In this document: positions 61,141 through 64,000 of the stretch, piece after piece
Layout of the letters: the number at the start of each line of letters is the position of its first letter
How positions within the stretch are numbered: the first letter of the stretch is position 1
Assembly (NCBI GenBank): GCA_010909165.1
Contig: MU008165.1
Coordinates: forward strand, 806,001-870,000
Direction: 5' to 3'
Source: Anthoceros angustus
Lineage: Eukaryota > Plantae > Anthocerotophyta
DNA: 64,000 nt
Made by a program: the position numbers and the translations under genes
Notes under the pieces: model-generated
What the model saw: only the letters and a program-made list of their open reading frames with translations
What the model was told of the DNA's origin: nothing
Databases searched by the model: none

Positions 61141-62888
61141 TGAAAGGGTCTATATAGATATACTAGGCCTTGGCATTGGCATATTCCTAAGATATCCTAT
61201 TGGCATCGACTATCGAAATATCCAAAGAATACACCATAATATGCAAGGAATATGCTAAAGCATATAACTTGTGTTTATCCACTTAGTTATTGCTAACCGT
61301 GTTTAATTAATGAATCGATGCTTAATTAACATAACCACCATATTAATTAATTAATACTAATTACTTAATGATAAGTCATTAGATTAATTAATGCTAGATA
61401 TAAATGAATTTAACCACTTATATTAATTAATTAATACTAATAACTTACTTAATGATAGGTCATTAGATTAATTAATGCTAGATATAAATGAATTTAACCA
61501 CTTATATTAATTAATTAATACTAATTACTTACTTAATGATAAGTCATTAGATTAATTAATGCTAGATATAAATGAATTTAACATAAATCAGCAGCACTAT
61601 CTCTTTCTAAAATAGATGCCAATATACCAATCGACACACTGTTGAAAATTTACCAATTTACTAGTTGCCAATATGAAGCCCGTAGTTTCTCATGGGGTAT
61701 AAATGGGCGACTTAAATCGAACTGCTCGGACTCGAACTTCAAATCTTGTTATCCATTCTTCTTGCATGTAACTTTTCATAATTCTATGATCTACTTGTTA
61801 AGGTTTGTTCAATGAAGATTGATGTTCTCCTTTACGGAGGGATGAGTTTATGCATGTATATTCCTATGTGTGCTAACTAATTCATTCTCTCTACTTGTTC
61901 TCTGAGGTTTCCCTAGAGGGCACGTAAATTACCCAAAGGCGAGACCTAAACCGAAAGATTTCCTCCGCCATGAACTTAAAAATCTCACATTCTTGCAAAT
62001 ATCTTTTAATAATCGTGTGATCTATTGTTAAGGTATGTTCCATGAAGATTCATGTTCTCCTTTATAGAGGGATGGGTGTATGCATGTGTATTCCGCGTGT
62101 TAACGAATTCATTCTTTCTACTTGTTCCCTGAGGTTTCCCTAGAGGGCACGTAAATTACCCAAAGGGCGAGACCTAAACCGAAAGATTTCCTCACCATGA
62201 ACTTAAAAATCTCACATTCTTGCAAATATCTTTTAATAATCGTGTGATCTACGTTGTTAAGGTTTGTTCAATGAAGATTCATGTTCTCCTTTACGGAGGG
62301 ATGAGTTTATGCATGTATGTTCCTATGTGTGCTAATTCATTCTCTCTACTTGTTCTCTGTTTCCTAGAGGGCACGTAAATTACCCAAAGGGCGAGACCTA
62401 AACCGAAAGATTTCCTCCGCACCATGAACTTAAAAATCTCACATTCTTGCAAATATCTTTTAATAATCGTGTGATCTACTTGTTAAGGTATGTTCCATGA
62501 AGATTCATGTTCTCCTTTATAGAGGGATGGGTGTATGCATGTGTATTCGTGTTAGAATTCATTCTTTCTACTTGTTCCCTGGGTTTCCCTAGAGCACGAA
62601 TTACCCAAAGGCGAGACCTAAACCGAAAGATTTCCTCACCATGAACTTAAAAATCTCACATTCTTGCAAATATCTTTTAATAATCGTGTGATCTCTACGG
62701 TTGTTAAGGTTTGTTCAATGAAGATTCATGTTCTCCTTTATAGAGGGATGAGTTTATGCATGTATGTTCTGTGTGTGCTAACGAATTCATTCTCTCTACT
62801 TGTTCCTCAGTTTCCCTAGAGCACGTAAATTACCCAAAGGCGAGACCTAAACCGAAAGAAATACTCCTATTTATCAATCTTTAAAATT

Positions 62889-63705
62889 ATGGAGTCCACA
62901 ATGAAATTGAAGTGAGAATGTTTGAAGAAAGATACATATGTGGAAAATGTATCGGTGAAGGAGGTTTTTCCAAAGTCTATGAATGCTATGACAAATATAC
63001 GGAAAGATATTTGCCTGCAAAATTATGAAAAATCTAAAGACATAAATGATGCAATATGTAGAGAGATCAACACTCTTGATCTCTTCCAAAATATTCTCAT
63101 ATTATTAACACAAAAGTGTTCATGAGGATATTGAACATATTTATATTGTGATGGAGCTATGTACCAATGGTACACTAAAGGATGAACTAAAAAGGGGAGC
63201 TTATTGTGAAGAGGATGCAAAATACTTATGTTTAACCTAATGGAGGCAATCAATTTTGCCACGGGCATAATGTTATGCATCGCGATTTGAAACCGCTAAT
63301 ATACTATTACTTAGCCGTCTCAAAGTCATACTAGCGAGACTTTGGTTTATGCTCCATGTCTCCAAACGAACATGAATTATTATGCAGTGCAGAACCCCAT
63401 GTTACATGGCTCGGAGGTATTGGAGTCTCAAGACGATGTAAACATAAGCTATACTTCAAAAGCCGATATTTGGAGCGCAGGAGTCATTTTGTATGAAGTT
63501 TTAACGGAAATCGTCCTTATATAGGATATGAGTTCGACCGCGAAAAAGAAGAAGAATGGATAACTCAATTGGACCTAGATGAGTGGCCCAACATGTCACA
63601 CAAGTGAAGATCTACTACACTCAATGTTACATTTAGAACAAGAGTGTAGACCGGATGTGACAAGTTCTAAACCATTCTTGGTTTTGCTCGCTATCTTATA
63701 TATGA
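62889..63705 (+). CDS. Minimal CDPK-like kinase, unit 4
   Basis: Same motifs; ORF 63342-63524. Confidence 0.9.
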
Positions 63706-63853
63706 AAGATAGTAATTTTATTACATAAGAACTTTTATTTGTATTATATATTTTTAATATAATGATTTTTATTTTAACTTTATTCATAATTTCATTAAAC
63801 CACTCTTGATTGCCTCTTTCTTGTGGAAAGTCTTCAAGCCATCTGGCGATCAT
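63630..63853 (-). CDS. Small (~70 aa) K/I/N-rich ORF convergent with and overlapping the kinase 3' end; present in each unit
   Basis: M..WLEDFPQERG.QEWFNEIMNKVKIKIIILKIYNTNKSSYVIKLLSFIYKIASKTKNGLEL; frame stays open through very AT-rich sequence. Confidence 0.3.
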
Positions 63854-64000
63854 GAAATTGATGTAGTGAAGCTAAGATTGGAGTATATCGCTATGTGTTT
63901 AGCTGAGTCTTGTTTTGGTCATTGTCATAGCATGGCATAATAGCATCGGACAATTTCTTCTTCTATAGCTACGCATATTATAGTTACTAAATCGCATGTT

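Larger units (their letters stand above)
48890..64000 (+). repeat. Head-to-tail array of ~4.1-4.2 kb composite units (starts about 48894, 53017, 57216, 61320), continuing past the window end
   Basis: Identical module order in each unit; near-identical sequence apart from recurrent small indels. Confidence 0.97.

Overview
Repeat-dense nuclear DNA of a land plant. PLS-class PPR motifs, a plastid omega-3 desaturase, a CDKF;1-like kinase and short GT-AG introns point to a seed-free, possibly bryophyte-type host (inference). The sequence is very indel-rich and has one N at 37970, so ORF coordinates are approximate and many frameshifts may be read errors. 1-46.5 kb is a nest of transposons: a Ty1/Copia element with an extra upstream ORF, a degenerate minus-strand Ty3/Gypsy (Met-tRNA PBS), three copies of a multi-ORF element family with a repeated unknown domain and CTACC(A/G)TGGTAG palindromes, several intron-containing elements sharing GC-rich ends, an intronless FAD7/8-like gene and a CDKF;1 fragment. 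At about 48.9 kb a PPR gene is cut off by a head-to-tail array of about 4.1-4.2 kb units (3 complete plus 1 partial, running off the window). Each unit has an 85-bp hairpin repeat array, an alternating A/B ~236-bp repeat array, an AT-rich intronless ~267-aa CDPK-like kinase, a small convergent ORF and the 3' ~1.2 kb of a CRE-clade (RLE) non-LTR retrotransposon. This composite array is the most unusual structure in the window.
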